Positions 1-13,270 of a stretch of DNA of 64,000 nucleotides are shown here, in pieces. The DNA comes from Octopus sinensis (taxonomy: Eukaryota). The first letter of the stretch is position 1. Every line of letters begins with the position of its first letter. The stretch covers positions 30,132,001-30,196,000 of the forward strand of contig NC_042998.1 in assembly GCF_006345805.1 (NCBI RefSeq). Reading direction: 5' to 3'. The translations under genes and the position numbers were made by a program. The notes beneath the pieces are model-generated. The model did no database searches and was not told the origin of the DNA. It was given only the letters and a program-made list of their open reading frames with translations.

Positions 1-639
1 GAAAGGTACAGTAGATAGCTGCATAGCATAATACACAATTCCTGTGCACCAAATGCTTTTTCCGAATACTTGTTCAGCATTACTTTAATATACTATGATC
101 GCTTGCTTTCCAGAGGTAAACTGTTTGTGGCAGATATAGAAACCATATCCGTACTAACATTGATAGTTATCTGTTTGCAGATGTGGTGAGTGAGAAATAT
201 TAAAAAAAGGTATACGAATATTGATAAAGATCTTGATAAGAGGGTGAGAGGAGTGTTGAGCCGAGTGAATGAGATTGTGTAAAGAAAGAGAAGCAAGGAT
301 AGAGACACGAATCTAAAATAACAAACTGATTTACTATTTCTGCACGGAAAGCCACTGTCAGTTAAACTAGTTTAGAGTTGCAAGCTAAATTTCAGTAAAC
401 TACCAGATGGGAGCGATAGATACGACGATAATTGATTTTTTTTTTTAATTACAGCTAGCAACTTCTGGCGTTATATTATACAGGCTAACGTTTTGTTACA
501 TGGAGATGAACAATCTACGCTGTTTGTTTCTATATCACAATCCCTTGGAGAGAGAAAAATAAACATTCATGTCTAAGTGAAATAACCACCAATGTATATC
601 TGCCAATATGTGCATCGGAGACAGAAATTATTATGCATA

Positions 640-792
640 GGGGCAGCAGTGGCTTTGTGGTAAGTAGCTTGCTTACCAACCACATGGTTCCCGGTTCAGT
701 CACGGTGGGCAAGTGTCTTCTGCTATAGCCTCGGGCCGACCAAAGCCTTGGGAGTAGATTTGGTAGACGGAAACTGAAAGAAGCCCGTCGTG

Positions 793-833
<41 letters not shown>

Positions 834-1040
834 TGTGTATGTGTGTCTGTTGTCTCCCCAGCATCGCTTGACAACCGATGCTGGTGTGTTTGCGTCCCCG
901 TAACTTAGCGGTTCTGCAAAAGAGTCCGATAGAATAAGTACTAGGCTTCCAAAGAATAAGTCCTGGGGTGGATTTGCTCGACTAAAGGCGGTGCTCCAGC
1001 ATGGCCACAGTCAAATGACTGAAACGAGTAAAAGAGTATA
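640..1040 (+). mobile_element. SINE type A (tRNA-like head, CORE-like GGCAAGTGTCTT block, internal microsatellite, tail ending CAGTCAAATGACTGAAAC)
   Basis: A/B-box-like head GTGGCTTTGTGGTAAG...GGTTCAGTC; shares body with about 10 other copies in the window. Confidence 0.9.
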
Positions 1041-1741
1041 TGCGACACCATACCATATTTTGATGGTACAGAAAATGAGCGAAACAATTCAATGCTGACT
1101 CTTTAAAGGGATTTAAAATCGTATCTAATGAGGTAAGCATCAACATTTCTGTCAGCAGAAGAGAAATGGAATTTGGTAAGTTTCATACTATTCCTTAGTT
1201 ACTTATGGACTCCGTCGGAAAGTGATATAGGCTTGAAAGACAATGGAAACCACTCAGCCGTCACGATTGGTTTGTAGCTTATGTCAAAAATATGATAAGC
1301 GATAGAGAGAGAGAAAAGAAAAGGAAAATATTGAAATGGTAACCTTTATTGCATATTTCACTTATTCTTCTTTGAAGGACGATGTTTTAGCATAAAAGAT
1401 AATAGAAGATGTTTCCTTGTCCCTTAACAATATTCCCAAATTCCGTCCGTTGCCAAATGGATTTTTCGGAAGCTCAACGTAAGAGCTGTTATGATGTACT
1501 TAATGTAAATGTACGGGGAAAATAAAATAGAATAAAATATTACAGTAGCATTAAAATAATAGTATGACACCAGGTGAACGGATCTGCTAAGTCTGCTTGT
1601 TGCAAGTAAAGGCGAACTAAGATCAATATAGAGAAAGACTCCCTGTAGTGTTAAGTATATTGATGCGGTAGTGTATTGGTGTATGATAGACAATGATAAG
1701 TAACGATCAATCACCATTAGTTCACCGCTACCGAGTGTATG

Positions 1742-1778
<37 letters not shown>

Positions 1779-2214
1779 TAAATAAATCGAAATATACATT
1801 CTTGTGTCTCCTTTAGAAGAACATGGGAATGACGTATATAAGTTAGGAATGAACACAGATGAATTCGGTTGAAGTAACTTTGCAAAACTTAAAGCGCTAC
1901 GTAATGTTACTTATATGGAGACAATTCGATCGATTATCATAATTGCTTTCCTTTAATACGGTAGTGTTTTACACATTTTCTGGTAAAATAAGAAGGAAGA
2001 ATATTCATAGGAAGTCTGGCACGGTGCCCTGCAGCTTTCAAATCAGAGCAAGGAACACTAACCTAAAATTATAGATATTTATAGATATATAGACCTATGC
2101 AAAACATGTATACAGCCATAGCTATAAACAATCGCATTCATTTCCCAGACAAAGACTTACGCATATCTTAATCAAATTTTTGTATATACACACAGAAGTG
2201 TCTCTGTGTGTGTG

Positions 2215-2249
<35 letters not shown>

Positions 2250-2253
2250 ATGT

Positions 2254-2336
<83 letters not shown>

Positions 2337-2337
2337 T
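2254..2337. repeat. (GATA)n microsatellite
   Basis: about 20 perfect GATA units seen directly. Confidence 0.95.
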
Positions 2338-3565
2338 ATTGTGTATGTTGGTGTTATAATTTATGGTTTCCTCGAAGCCGTGATTTTTACGTAATTATAA
2401 AGGAAATTATGGATACTACACAACGAATACACGTAATATGACGATATGTTCAAGAAATATGTTTTGTAAATCTGGAATATTTAATGGCCTTTTTTCTTCA
2501 TTTTACACGGTAAATTGCCTTGCAACTCATCGATTTTCTAAAGATAGTCACAGGTACTAGCACAGACACAAGTACACATACGCTCAAGAAATATACACTA
2601 ACAAACATACAGCACATAATCATACATACACAACATATACATATAAGATGGTTGAATTATATATGTGGTGAGGAGTGTGTGTCTGCATGTATGTATATAT
2701 GTATGTATTTATGTATGGATGGAAGGATAATCTTGAAGTTTTGCAAAATATATATAATTTAATCAATATTTCCTCGACGCGATGTATATGCACATTATAC
2801 TCAAGTTGTACCGTAAGTAATATAGAAGTGTGTCTCAATCGACAGAGGTCGTTCAGTCGCTTTCATTAATAAAGTAACACTCTCTCTACACAAACATACT
2901 TATTGATTTAATCGCAATCTCAAGCAATACGTTGGTACTATCGATGAACGCATCTCTTAAATGCGCTTGAAACGATTCAAGTGTGTACTGCTGTACGCTT
3001 CTATCTGAGCTAATTTCACCTCACGTGTGTTATCTATTCGTTGTCCCTGGGGATTGTTATTGTACGGTCGAGAAAGGTCAAGTTGGAAGAAATTCTAGTT
3101 TGATCTCTTCCTTCTACAGTTTCATTGTCTAAATGTACCGCACGGTACAACGACGTTCCAGAAAAGGTAAGAATATTCTGTTTGTGTCCTTCGCTAAATC
3201 AAGCATCATGACTTTTCTATGGCGATCGATGGTGGCGGACACTACATCTTGAAAATATAAAATCTGACACGCTCGTTACTCTGCATCTTATTCGGGCCGG
3301 CGCTTCGTGGCCTGTACGCAAACTGAAACTAGTGGGATACCAGACTACTTTGAATTAAGCTACCTGTTATTGCTGATGTGCAACATATATATACATGAGT
3401 GTGTGTGTGTGTATTTAGGGACAAACGACTAGGTGGATAACCATACGCGAGAAGAAGATCACATACAATCTATCTACGAAGAAAAAATGTTCTCCAGGGA
3501 AAATTCAGCGAACACCAGAACATAAGCGGGCAAGACAAACGAAAATTATATAAAATCAAGAATTA

Positions 3566-3639
3566 ATCGTATACCGGTTTCGTCTATTACCGAATAAATT
3601 ACTTACGTAATCCTTCGTCCGCAGACTCGTCAGTACGAT
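3566..3639 (-). ncRNA. Type I hammerhead ribozyme motif with canonical core
   Basis: Minus strand: ATCGTA-CTGACGA-GTCT[37 nt]AGAC-GAAA-CCGGTA-TACGAT; stem I 6 bp, stem II 4 bp, palindromic stem III ACCGGT, GUA cleavage triplet. Confidence 0.8.
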
Positions 3640-4063
3640 CGTTCCAATTCATTATAATTTGCAAAACTAAACACTAGTTGTCCATATAAAAAACTAGACA
3701 TGTGCTTAGTTCTACCGATTACATTGGGGTTATTTTCAAATGTCTAAGTTCTGTCGCGCTAAATTCCGGAAACAGTTCTGCAGCAGATAATTTACTGCAG
3801 TTAATGTTGCCAATTAGAGAACATAATTATTTTAATATATATATATCGTATTTGGTTTGCAAGATTCTTTATGTGAATTCGTGTGTTGAAGTATATTTTA
3901 TTCTGTCTATGAGAGAGTCATTTGTCGACTATTGAAGAGGTTGCAGGAAGCAACGAAAAGTTTAGAAAAAAAAATGAATGAGTAAATGAGTGGAAATTGA
4001 ACCGGTGCCTGTGTTAATTGATAAGGCATTAAAACAGAAAGACTCTCCCCAGACACAATAATG

Positions 4064-4128
<65 letters not shown>

Positions 4129-4256
4129 ATGTGAAGTTTGTTTTCGAAGCGTTGTGAAAGCGTAGAAAGATAATTTTAATCAATGAGTAAATACTGAACA
4201 GATAATATATAAGGATATGATTAAAATCTTTCTTTAAAAGCAGAAAAAAATGTCGG

Positions 4257-4289
<33 letters not shown>

Positions 4290-5051
4290 TATATTATATG
4301 TACGTGTGTGTGTAGTGTGTGTGCATGTATGTATATATATATGTCCGTGAGTGTGTGTGGGGGGGGAGTGTAAGATCAAAGGATGGATGTGTAGGAGGAA
4401 AGTGATCTTCGAGGAATCAGTAGGAATTATAAAAATGAACTTTAAGGTACAACAATGGTTTATTGATGCTGAATTTGGGGGGATTTTTTTCTTTTCCGAA
4501 GTACAATTAGCTGAAAAAAAAATCATTTTATATTTCACGGTATAAAACCAGGGTTGCCAGTTAAGGAATGGAACAGATAAAATCCGGGCAACATATGTTT
4601 ACTTTTGGAATAAAATGTATTTAATGTTTTACATTGTGAAATATAAATATTACAAGTAACATTCTGTGTCGATCTAAAGGTGTGTTGTTGTTTTTGCTTA
4701 TCATGGGCTTACAGACACACAAATGTAGGAGTGTGTGTATGTATCTTCTGTGTATGCCTTACACATATATTCTCTTATGGTTAGTACCTCTGAATTTTTA
4801 TTCCAAATGCATCACGTTGTTGCTTGTTTTCTCAAGAGCGTTCCTTCCAGTGGATGACAAATATGTATTTTAGTAAATTGTTTACAGGATTTTTCTCATT
4901 AACTGCGGGGTGGTTTGCAGTTAATAGAATACGCATTTCTACTTTTTCACCAGCCCTTGAAGCGAATTTATTTGCATATTAGTTTTCTCTAAATTATTCC
5001 CATATGCTTGTTTATTTCATTCTCTCTATTTTTCTCTCCCTCTCTCACCCC

Positions 5052-5079
<28 letters not shown>

Positions 5080-5083
<4 letters not shown>

Positions 5084-5149
5084 ATCAAAATAAGCAACAA
5101 GGATATCCAGAGATACCTCTGGATATCCTTGTTGCTTCTTTTGATTATA
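5080..5149. repeat. Near-perfect 33-bp inverted repeat (70-nt hairpin) abutting (TA)n
   Basis: TATAATCAAAATAAGCAACAAGGATATCCAGAG-atac-CTCTGGATATCCTTGTTGCTTCTTTTGATTATA, one mismatch. Confidence 0.9.
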
Positions 5150-5179
5150 ATCACCCCATTTTCAATTAAATGGATAATA

Positions 5180-5322
5180 TAAGGTGTTCCAAAAGTTCGT
5201 AGAAAGTCTTGGAAAATAATGGTCTTTATTTTGAGGAATAATTTTTGTTGTTTTTGTTAGTACTTGGCGAGTAAAAATTCAATTTTCGCAAGTGTTTACG
5301 AACTTTTGGGACAACCTAATAT
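5180..5322. mobile_element. mariner-type MITE
   Basis: Imperfect TIRs TAAGGTGTTCCAAAAGTTCGTA / TACGAACTTTTGGGACAACCTA in TA context, about 140 bp. Confidence 0.7.
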
Positions 5323-6301
5323 CATACCAAATTCTGGTGACTTTAACCTAAGTACCATATTCAACTGAATCTAAATTTTTACTGAACTTATATATATATA
5401 TATATACTTAGCTAAGAAGCCATAATTCCAAAATGAAGCATGCATTCGTATACGTATTTGTTAATAGCGTGTGCAGTGTTAAATATCCATATGGAGCTAA
5501 TTTTACCAGTCGGTTTCGCATTGTTAGATAAAAGCACGGTTACGCAAGACCGCATGCTCATAAGAGCTGTCATGCGTGGAAAAATATGGCAACTACTCTC
5601 CGTTATTGGAAGTGGGAAAACATGTAATTTTGTATAAGTTTGTGGCTAAGCATGCATAAACATGTAATGAATTTGCTATGATTAAACATGTATATGTATA
5701 ATATGTGTGTGACAATACACAGTTAAAAAACGCTTTGTACATTCGCATCAATTTATGACTGTAAATCATATTGAAGGTGAAAGCATATGTAGCAACTTCA
5801 TATTGTCTTTTGCATCAAGAAATGCTAAGGACTTATTTAAATAAAATATCTATTTTCTTAAATCTCAGTACACCCATTCTCCACTTTCACTGTCAGATAA
5901 ACACAGTAGCTTTGTCTTTAGAAACTATAGTTCGAAATAACAATGGCTACATGCAACCGCATTAAGTATTACAACATTTTTGCCTTGTAAATGATTTATA
6001 ATATTTTGACCCATTTCACGTTGCTTTTAATATATTTATCTAAATGCCTACAAGGTAATCTACGATCTATTGATCATTATTTATGCAATCATTGTCTCCC
6101 TTTAATAGGCGCAGGTTTAATTGCGTGGTAAAGAGTTTGACATCTAGTAATAAATTTTGGATTCAGTTGCACCGTCTGGCACATTAAGTGCCTGAAGGCC
6201 AGACATGTATATAAATTATCAAGATGGCTATTTGCAATTTTACAATCGAAAGGCAACAAGTACAGACGTCCCTAAAATGACTGAGGGTGTTATATATATG
6301 T

Positions 6302-6562
6302 ATATCACCGTGACCGACCAGGCTACACATCGCTGGTCACAATGCGCTTCGCATTGTTTTAGCCTTCAAATGACGCCACTCCGCTGGTTAAGCGAGCAGG
6401 CCAACAGAAGAAAGAGTGAGAGAAAGTTGCGACGAAAGAGTAGAGCAGGGATCGCCGGAGCCTCGTGGAGCTTTAGGTGTTTTCGCTCAATAAATACTCA
6501 CAACGCCCGGTCTGGGAATCAAAACCGCGAGTCCCTACCCTACACTGGGCCATTACGCCTAC
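6302..6562 (-). mobile_element. SINE type C (degraded tRNA-like head)
   Basis: Highly similar to the copy at 63095-63409 with internal deletions. Confidence 0.85.
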
Positions 6563-6572
6563 ACACCACACA

Positions 6573-6618
<46 letters not shown>

Positions 6619-6662
6619 TAATAAACTATTATCGCCATTATTAAAAGTAAGCAATAATAATA

Positions 6663-7006
6663 CAGTGGCCAGTAAGTTCAATCTAAATAGGCAAAATTTA
6701 CAAATATGTGAGGGTATCGAAATACCACCTTGCTAGAAAAAGGAGTCAACGGTCCAAATTTCCAAATTTCTCACAACTAGCAAACACGCGTTGTGAATGT
6801 AACGAATATAAGGAAAATAAGCCTTTTGCATAAACTTTTGCATAAACCACAAGTTAAAGAACAGATATCTTGTTGTCAATTGATTTAATCTTTTGTGCGC
6901 TAGCACTTTAGGGTCATCAGCCAAGGTTAATATATTCAACTATGCAGTTCGGTACCCTAACTTATTTGTATATTTTGCCTATTTAGATTAAACTTGCTGG
7001 CCACTG
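6663..7006. mobile_element. Tc1/mariner-type MITE
   Basis: About 58-bp imperfect TIRs starting CAGTGGCCAG / ending CTGGCCACTG, flanked by TA on both sides (6661-6662, 7007-7008). Confidence 0.85.
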
Positions 7007-7511
7007 TATTATTAATATTATTGTTATTTTTAATAATAGTAATAATGCTATATTAAATTTTACTCACTTTATGCTCGTATTTGAATGTTGAGGGGCCTTC
7101 AAGTGAACAGATGCGCACGGTGTAATGAATGCTGAATACAGTAAGCTTGGCTGATGGATCTTAAGTGCTGATGCACAAAAGGTGAAGTCAATTGATACCA
7201 ACATATTTGTTCTTTACTTTGTGGTTTATGCAAAGGAGAGGCGTACATTTCTTATATTCGTTAAATTCGCCGTGCGTTTCATAATAGTGAGAAATTTGTG
7301 GCTTGAGAGTGTTGACTCTTATTTCTAGCAAGCTGGTATTTTGGTACGCTAATTGATATATGTGTGTGTGTGTGTGTGTGTGTGTATACATACATACATA
7401 CATACATACATAAATACATATGAAACACGTAGGGGGGAGAGTCGTTGAAGAGGACAAAGGATGTGTGACGAAAGAATTAGGACAAACGGCAAAAAATAAG
7501 AACCAAAATAA

Positions 7512-7742
7512 GGCGGCGAGATGGTAGAAACGTTAGCACACCGGTTAAAATGCTTAGCGGTATTTCATCTGTCGTTACGTTCCGAGTTCAATTTCCGCCG
7601 AGGTCGACTTTGCCTTTCATCCTTTTGGGGTCGATAAATAAAGTACCAGTTACGCACTGGGGTCGATATAATCGACTTAATCCCTTTGTCTGTCCTTGTA
7701 CGTCCCCTCCATGTTTAGCCCCTTGTGGGCAATGAAGAAATA
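7512..7742 (+). mobile_element. SINE type B, full length
   Basis: Head GGCGGCGAG...GAGTTCAATTTCCGCCGAGGTCGAC, tail ending AAGAAATA; more than 10 relatives in the window. Confidence 0.9.
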
Positions 7743-7879
7743 AGAATCATAATAGAGCTGAAGTGAGGAACATATATACAGTGGGCGTGTTTATTTTGGG
7801 GAAAAAGGATTGCATGATCCCATTGTAGATTAATTCTGGTGATAAAGAGAGGTTTTACATTTATGTATCAGTTTTTGAT

Positions 7880-8229
7880 AAAAAGCTTGCTTCTCAAGCA
7901 TATGGTTCTGGCTTCTGTCTCATGGCGTGACAACATGGGTTTCTTCTAATATAGCCTCGGACTGATTAAAGCTTTGCGAGTGGATTTTTGTAGACAGAGA
8001 CTGAAAGAAGTTCTTGTTTGTCCGCCACTAACGCTTGACAATCGGTGTCTCTATGTTTACGTTCCCGTAACTTAGCGCTTCAGCCTAAAACACATACCCA
8101 CACACACATTTATATTCATAAATATGCATATATCTATACATTTATAAGTATATATAAATATACAAATATGTATAAACACATACATACATGCGCATATATG
8201 TATATACATATACATACAAACAAAACATG

Positions 8230-8295
<66 letters not shown>

Positions 8296-8570
8296 TGTCT
8301 GTGTGTTTGTGTGGGTTGGTGTTTGTGTGTGTTTCTCTGTGCGTGTGTGTATGTGTGTGTCTGTGGGTGTCTTTGTGTTTGAATTTGGACCATAACACAG
8401 CTTCAGACGATGTTAGTGTGTTTACGTCGACGTAACTTAGCTGTTCGCCAATCGATAACATTCCAAGCTCAAAAAAAAAAAACTAAGCACAAACTGGAGA
8501 CGTTTCTTTCGACCAAGAATTCTTGAAGGCAGTGCCCTACCCTGGCCGGAATCTAATGATTGAAACACGT
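7880..8570 (+). mobile_element. Degraded SINE type A split by (TA)/(TG) microsatellites
   Basis: Recognisable blocks GCTTGCTT..., GTGGATTTTTGTAGAC, CCGTAACTTAGC. Confidence 0.6.
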
Positions 8571-8606
8571 AAAAAAACGAAGACTGAATAATATATCGTT
8601 TATTAA

Positions 8607-8995
8607 TCTTTATATATAAAAGAGAGGTTGTGTGCTGTCTGTCTCCTACGATTTAGATTCCTAACTACTCCCATTTTTTGCGGTGCAGTATAATCAAAAC
8701 CGGTATCTTATAGTCGTGATTCATATCGAGCGTTCTGGGTATTAGCGCGCGTCTACGATGAGTCTACGATTTTAAAGAAAATTTACCCATAATTTTTTTT
8801 CATTTTATGCATTTTTTTTTCGCTATTATATAAGGGAAGTAACTCTCTAAAAATGTCTACGATGATTCAACGATTTCAAAAAAATTTACCATCATTTTTT
8901 TCCATATTTAATGCATTTTTTGGCTATAACTCTCTAAAAATGCTTATATAGTTATTTTCCTTACAAACCCGAGCAACGCCGGGCGATACTGCTAG
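8607..8995 (+). mobile_element. Non-autonomous Helitron
   Basis: A|TC 5' end, CCCG-agcaacgc-CGGG hairpin then CTAG|T 3' end, no TSD; near-identical copy at 19394-19790. Confidence 0.85.
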
Positions 8996-9654
8996 TATTC
9001 AATAAAAGATCGTTTATTTCAATGAAGGGAAAATAGACTATTACTTAATGATATTTCTAAAGAAATCAGTGATTCAAATTAAATGGTCTTCAGTCGGTTG
9101 TCAGTTTTGCATTCACTAAAATTGTAATCATTCATATTTTCGGACTCTTACATTTTTGTCTATAACTGCCAGAAGGCAATTATTTGCACTCTATGTCCAG
9201 CGGAAAAACATTGCTTAAATTGATCATACTCTTCCAATTAAATCTTATGAACTTCACAGTAATAATTTGTTCTAAAAATGTCTTCCCCATCATTAGATAT
9301 AAGTAACACTGTCTGTTGTATACACTAGGGAAAATAGATATGTGAACCTCTTTCGATTGGACGGTCCAAGCTAACTTGTTACTGTGCTTATAGACAAATT
9401 TCGCTCGCATATCTATTCATCTCTTCATGCTAAAGTCATCCTCTAATGTCTAACCTTATCGAAATACACAAAGAATTTATACAACGTAACATAGAAGTGC
9501 GTAAAAATTGCAACTGTATTTGTAAAAACCACGCGTATTTAATTGCCAATGAAATGATTTTATAAATATCAGAAATACTAGTAATACATTGAACATATAG
9601 ATAAGACTAAGTCTTTTTATTCTCGACGCCGGAAACTAATAAATTTAAGGATAT

Positions 9655-9780
9655 AGTAATCTCTCGCCATATCGCGGTTCACCTATCGTGCACTCAGAAC
9701 ATCGCAGATCTAAATTGATACATTTAAAATTTTTATTTAGATTGTAATTACTTCTGTGGGAGGGTTTTGGAACGTATTAC
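9655..9780. mobile_element. pogo/Tigger-like MITE remnant
   Basis: TIR-like start TAGTAATCTCTCGCCATATCGCGG; right part is reverse-similar to 12654-12700. Confidence 0.45.
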
Positions 9781-9781
9781 A

Positions 9782-9833
<52 letters not shown>

Positions 9834-10034
9834 CTATATATATATACATATATATATATACATATATATATATACATATTATATATACATATATATATAT
9901 ACATATATATATATACATATATATATATAAGATATATATATACATATATATATACATATATATATACATATATATATATACATATATATATATACATATA
10001 TATATATACATATATATTACATATATATATATAC

Positions 10035-10065
<31 letters not shown>

Positions 10066-10865
10066 CATATACATATATACATATATATACATATATACAT
10101 ATATATATATATATAATATATATATAACATAAACATATATACATATATATACATATTACATATGTATATTATATATACATATATATATATACATATTATA
10201 TATATAATATATATATATATCATATATATATATATACATAGTTATAATACATATATATATACATATATATATACAATATATATATATACAAATATATAAT
10301 ACATATATATATACATATATATATACATATATATATACATATATATATACATAATAATATATATATATATATAATACATATATATATATATATATATAAC
10401 ATATATATATATATACATATTATATATATATATATACATATATATATATAACATATATATTATATACATTATAACATATACATATATATACATTAATACA
10501 TATATACACTACACATATATATACATTATTCATATAATACCATATATATACATATATATATATACATATATATATATAGATAATATATATATACATATAT
10601 ATATATATACATATATATATACATATATACATTCTATATAACATATATATATATAATATATATATACATATATACATATATACATATTACATATATATAT
10701 ATATATATGCATATATACATATATACATATATACATAATATATATATTATCATACTAAATAATATACATATACATATATATATATACATATATATATATA
10801 TACATATCTTTTATATTTTACATATATATATATACCTATATATATATACATATATATATAGCATC

Positions 10866-10897
<32 letters not shown>

Positions 10898-11240
10898 CCA
10901 TACTATATATACATATATACATATATATATACAATATACATATATACATTATAATATATACATATATACATATATATATATAATATAATATATACAAGAT
11001 ATATATATACATATATATATATAATATATACATATATATATATACATATATATATATACATATATATATATATACATATATATATATACTATATATATAC
11101 TATATATATATATACATATATATATATACATATATATATATACATATATAGATATACATTATATATATATTACAATATATTATATATATATATACATATA
11201 TATATATACATATATACATATATATAACATACATGTATAT
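9776..11240. repeat. About 1.46-kb compound (TA)n/(TATATAC)n microsatellite
   Basis: Seen directly; source of many spurious YI/MY ORFs. Confidence 0.95.
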
Positions 11241-11396
11241 ATCAAAATAGTGTTAGATATAGAAACACCCACAAATTCATCAACTTCAAACGATATCAAC
11301 TCAACCAACCCATAAAATATTTTATAGCTTGGTCGATATCGTTTGGTGTTGATGAATTCGTGGGTGTTTCTACCTTTAATACTATTTTGATATATA
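11237..11396. repeat. Foldback inverted repeat (about 62-bp arms), probable Penelope-like element end
   Basis: ATCAAAATAGTGTTAGATATAGAAACACCCACAAATTC...GATATCAAC versus reverse complement of 11332-11396; begins at the edge of the (TA)n tract. Confidence 0.8.
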
Positions 11397-11730
11397 TGAA
11401 TTAATTATTGAGAGTAATTTAATTTGATATTTTTAATTTGAATGTCTTATTTCTGTGGCACAGGAATTGATCTTCCCTAATTATAACAATAATAATAATA
11501 TTAATAATATATTATATATATATATATACACAAATAACACACAGACACACGTAAATACACACACACGTAAATACACACACACACACACATGTATACATAT
11601 ATTTCAATATTTCTCTTTCCCTTAGATAAATAATCGTTAGACTCTCCGCTGTCCACCGCTAATATATTGGTCCAGTAACTTCACTCTATGGTTCCACTTC
11701 AAAAGTTTCAAATATTTTTCAGTGATTCCT

Positions 11731-12256
11731 TACTCTTTTACTCTTTTACTTTCTCAGTCATTTGACTGCAGCCATGCTGGAGCACCACCTTTAACCGAGC
11801 GAATCGATCCCCAGGAGTTATATTTTGGAAGCCTAGTACTTATTCTATCGGTCTTTCAGAAAACCGCTAAGTTACGGGGACGTTTGTCAAGCGATGTTGG
11901 GTGGACAAAAACAGACACACAACGTATATATATGTGTGTATGTGTGTGTGCGTGTGCGTGTGAGTGTGTGTGTGTGTAAAATTAACAGAATGAGATAAAA
12001 ATCCAAGACAGTGAAATATGTCAGAACATTTATAAAGAGAAAGTCTTACAGCTGTTTCCGGGATATTTCATATATCCCTTTATCGAAGACGGTGCGGAGC
12101 ATCTTTCAGTATCCGTCTACCAAATCCATTCACAAGGCTTTGGTTGGTTCGAGGCTATAGTAGAAGACATTTGCCCAAGATACCACGCATTGGGACTGAA
12201 CCCGAAACCATGAGGTTGGTAAGCAAGCTACTTACTACACAGCCGCTCCTGCACCT
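11731..12256 (-). mobile_element. SINE type A interrupted by a Penelope-like fragment (about 11980-12105)
   Basis: Tail at 11731-11925, head at 12105-12256; insert carries a decayed hammerhead. Confidence 0.85.
12044..12089 (-). ncRNA. Degenerate minimal hammerhead (core decayed to TCGATAA), same family as 42061-42106
   Basis: TCT-TCGATAAA-GGGATA..TATCCC-GGAAAC-AGCTGTA-AGA. Confidence 0.5.
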
Positions 12257-12653
12257 GGTTACCTTACGTCATTATATAGGTCCTCATAATTTTCTTAGTT
12301 GTTCATATAAATATCAACATGCCTAAAATGTCTTATAAACTGTGGACCAAAATAACACAATAACTTATTGATTATGAAATTTATGACCTTAATTAATCAC
12401 GCTGGTTTTAGTTCGTTCAAAATAAATAATTATTCGTATAATCTATAAATTCTCATTTTAATTTTTGCTTGCTTTTCAGAATATGGACATTGCATTAAAT
12501 AGGAGATTATTGATTTCCAGAACAGTTTGAAAGTCGTGCAGAAACGGGTAAGTATGGTTTCCCATACAAGCTTATATGATAATAATTTGTTCTTGACCAT
12601 TGGTTATATATATATATATAATATATATATATATATTATATATATATATAAAT

Positions 12654-12830
12654 AGTAATCCCTCGACTACCGTGGGTATTACGTTCGAAAACACCCCGTG
12701 ATCAGTGAAGATCCGCGAAGTAGAAATAGTACTGTACTGTATATATTTTTTATATACATTATTGTTATAAATGCAAAACAACACTGCACACTCGCCACCA
12801 CCGCTCCAAGAGATTCGTTTTCCGTACAGT
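12654..12830 (+). mobile_element. pogo/Tigger-like MITE left end
   Basis: TAGTAATCCCTCGACTACCGTGGG...GATCCGCGAAGTAG resembles Tigger-type subterminal sequence. Confidence 0.5.
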
Positions 12831-13044
12831 ATGTGCGGATTAAGTCGATTATATCGGCCCCACTGCGTAACTGGGTACATTACGCATCTATGGTACACTA
12901 CATATTTTCTTTTAATATATTTAAATTCATGTGGTTTACAGGTAAGTACTTCGCTGCATTATTATTTATTATTTTTTTAAATTCTAAGCGTGAATATGTT
13001 TACTTTACCACAGAAATAATTAAAATCTAAAAAAATATGAATAA

Positions 13045-13108
13045 ACGTTCCCGTTTGTCGGACAGTTTTGCTAGAATTCTAAGAAAAGTGTCCGACGAAC
13101 GGGAATGT
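13045..13108. repeat. 64-nt near-perfect palindrome
   Basis: ACGTTCCCGTTTGTCGGACAGTTTTGCTAGAATTCTAAGAAAAGTGTCCGACGAACGGGAATGT, centred on TAGAATTCTA. Confidence 0.9.
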
Positions 13109-13238
13109 GAAACTCTGAGAAACAGCTTTTGTGATATTTCTGCTGCTTTTAAATAAAGCATATTATTATACTTCTGGTATTCCAGTATTCGTGTACTCTT
13201 TCTTTCCACCTTGTCTCACATTTATGTGCTTACTCCGG

Positions 13239-13270
<32 letters not shown>

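Noticed and set aside
1424-1885. 153-aa minus-strand ORF with SGE, VFL..ATS and SVHLVSYY, faintly like Cys-loop M2-M3
   Set aside because: Spacing from SGE to VF is 14 aa too long, the ORF spans a TA repeat, and no M1, M4 or extracellular domain is found nearby; probably chance. A profile search would settle it.
9737-11131. Many long ORFs rich in Y/I/M/C/H/T (also 18209-19135, 34565-35322, 40278-40742, 47888-48272)
   Set aside because: Translations of (TA)n, (CA)n and (GATA)n microsatellites, which lack stop codons in some frames.
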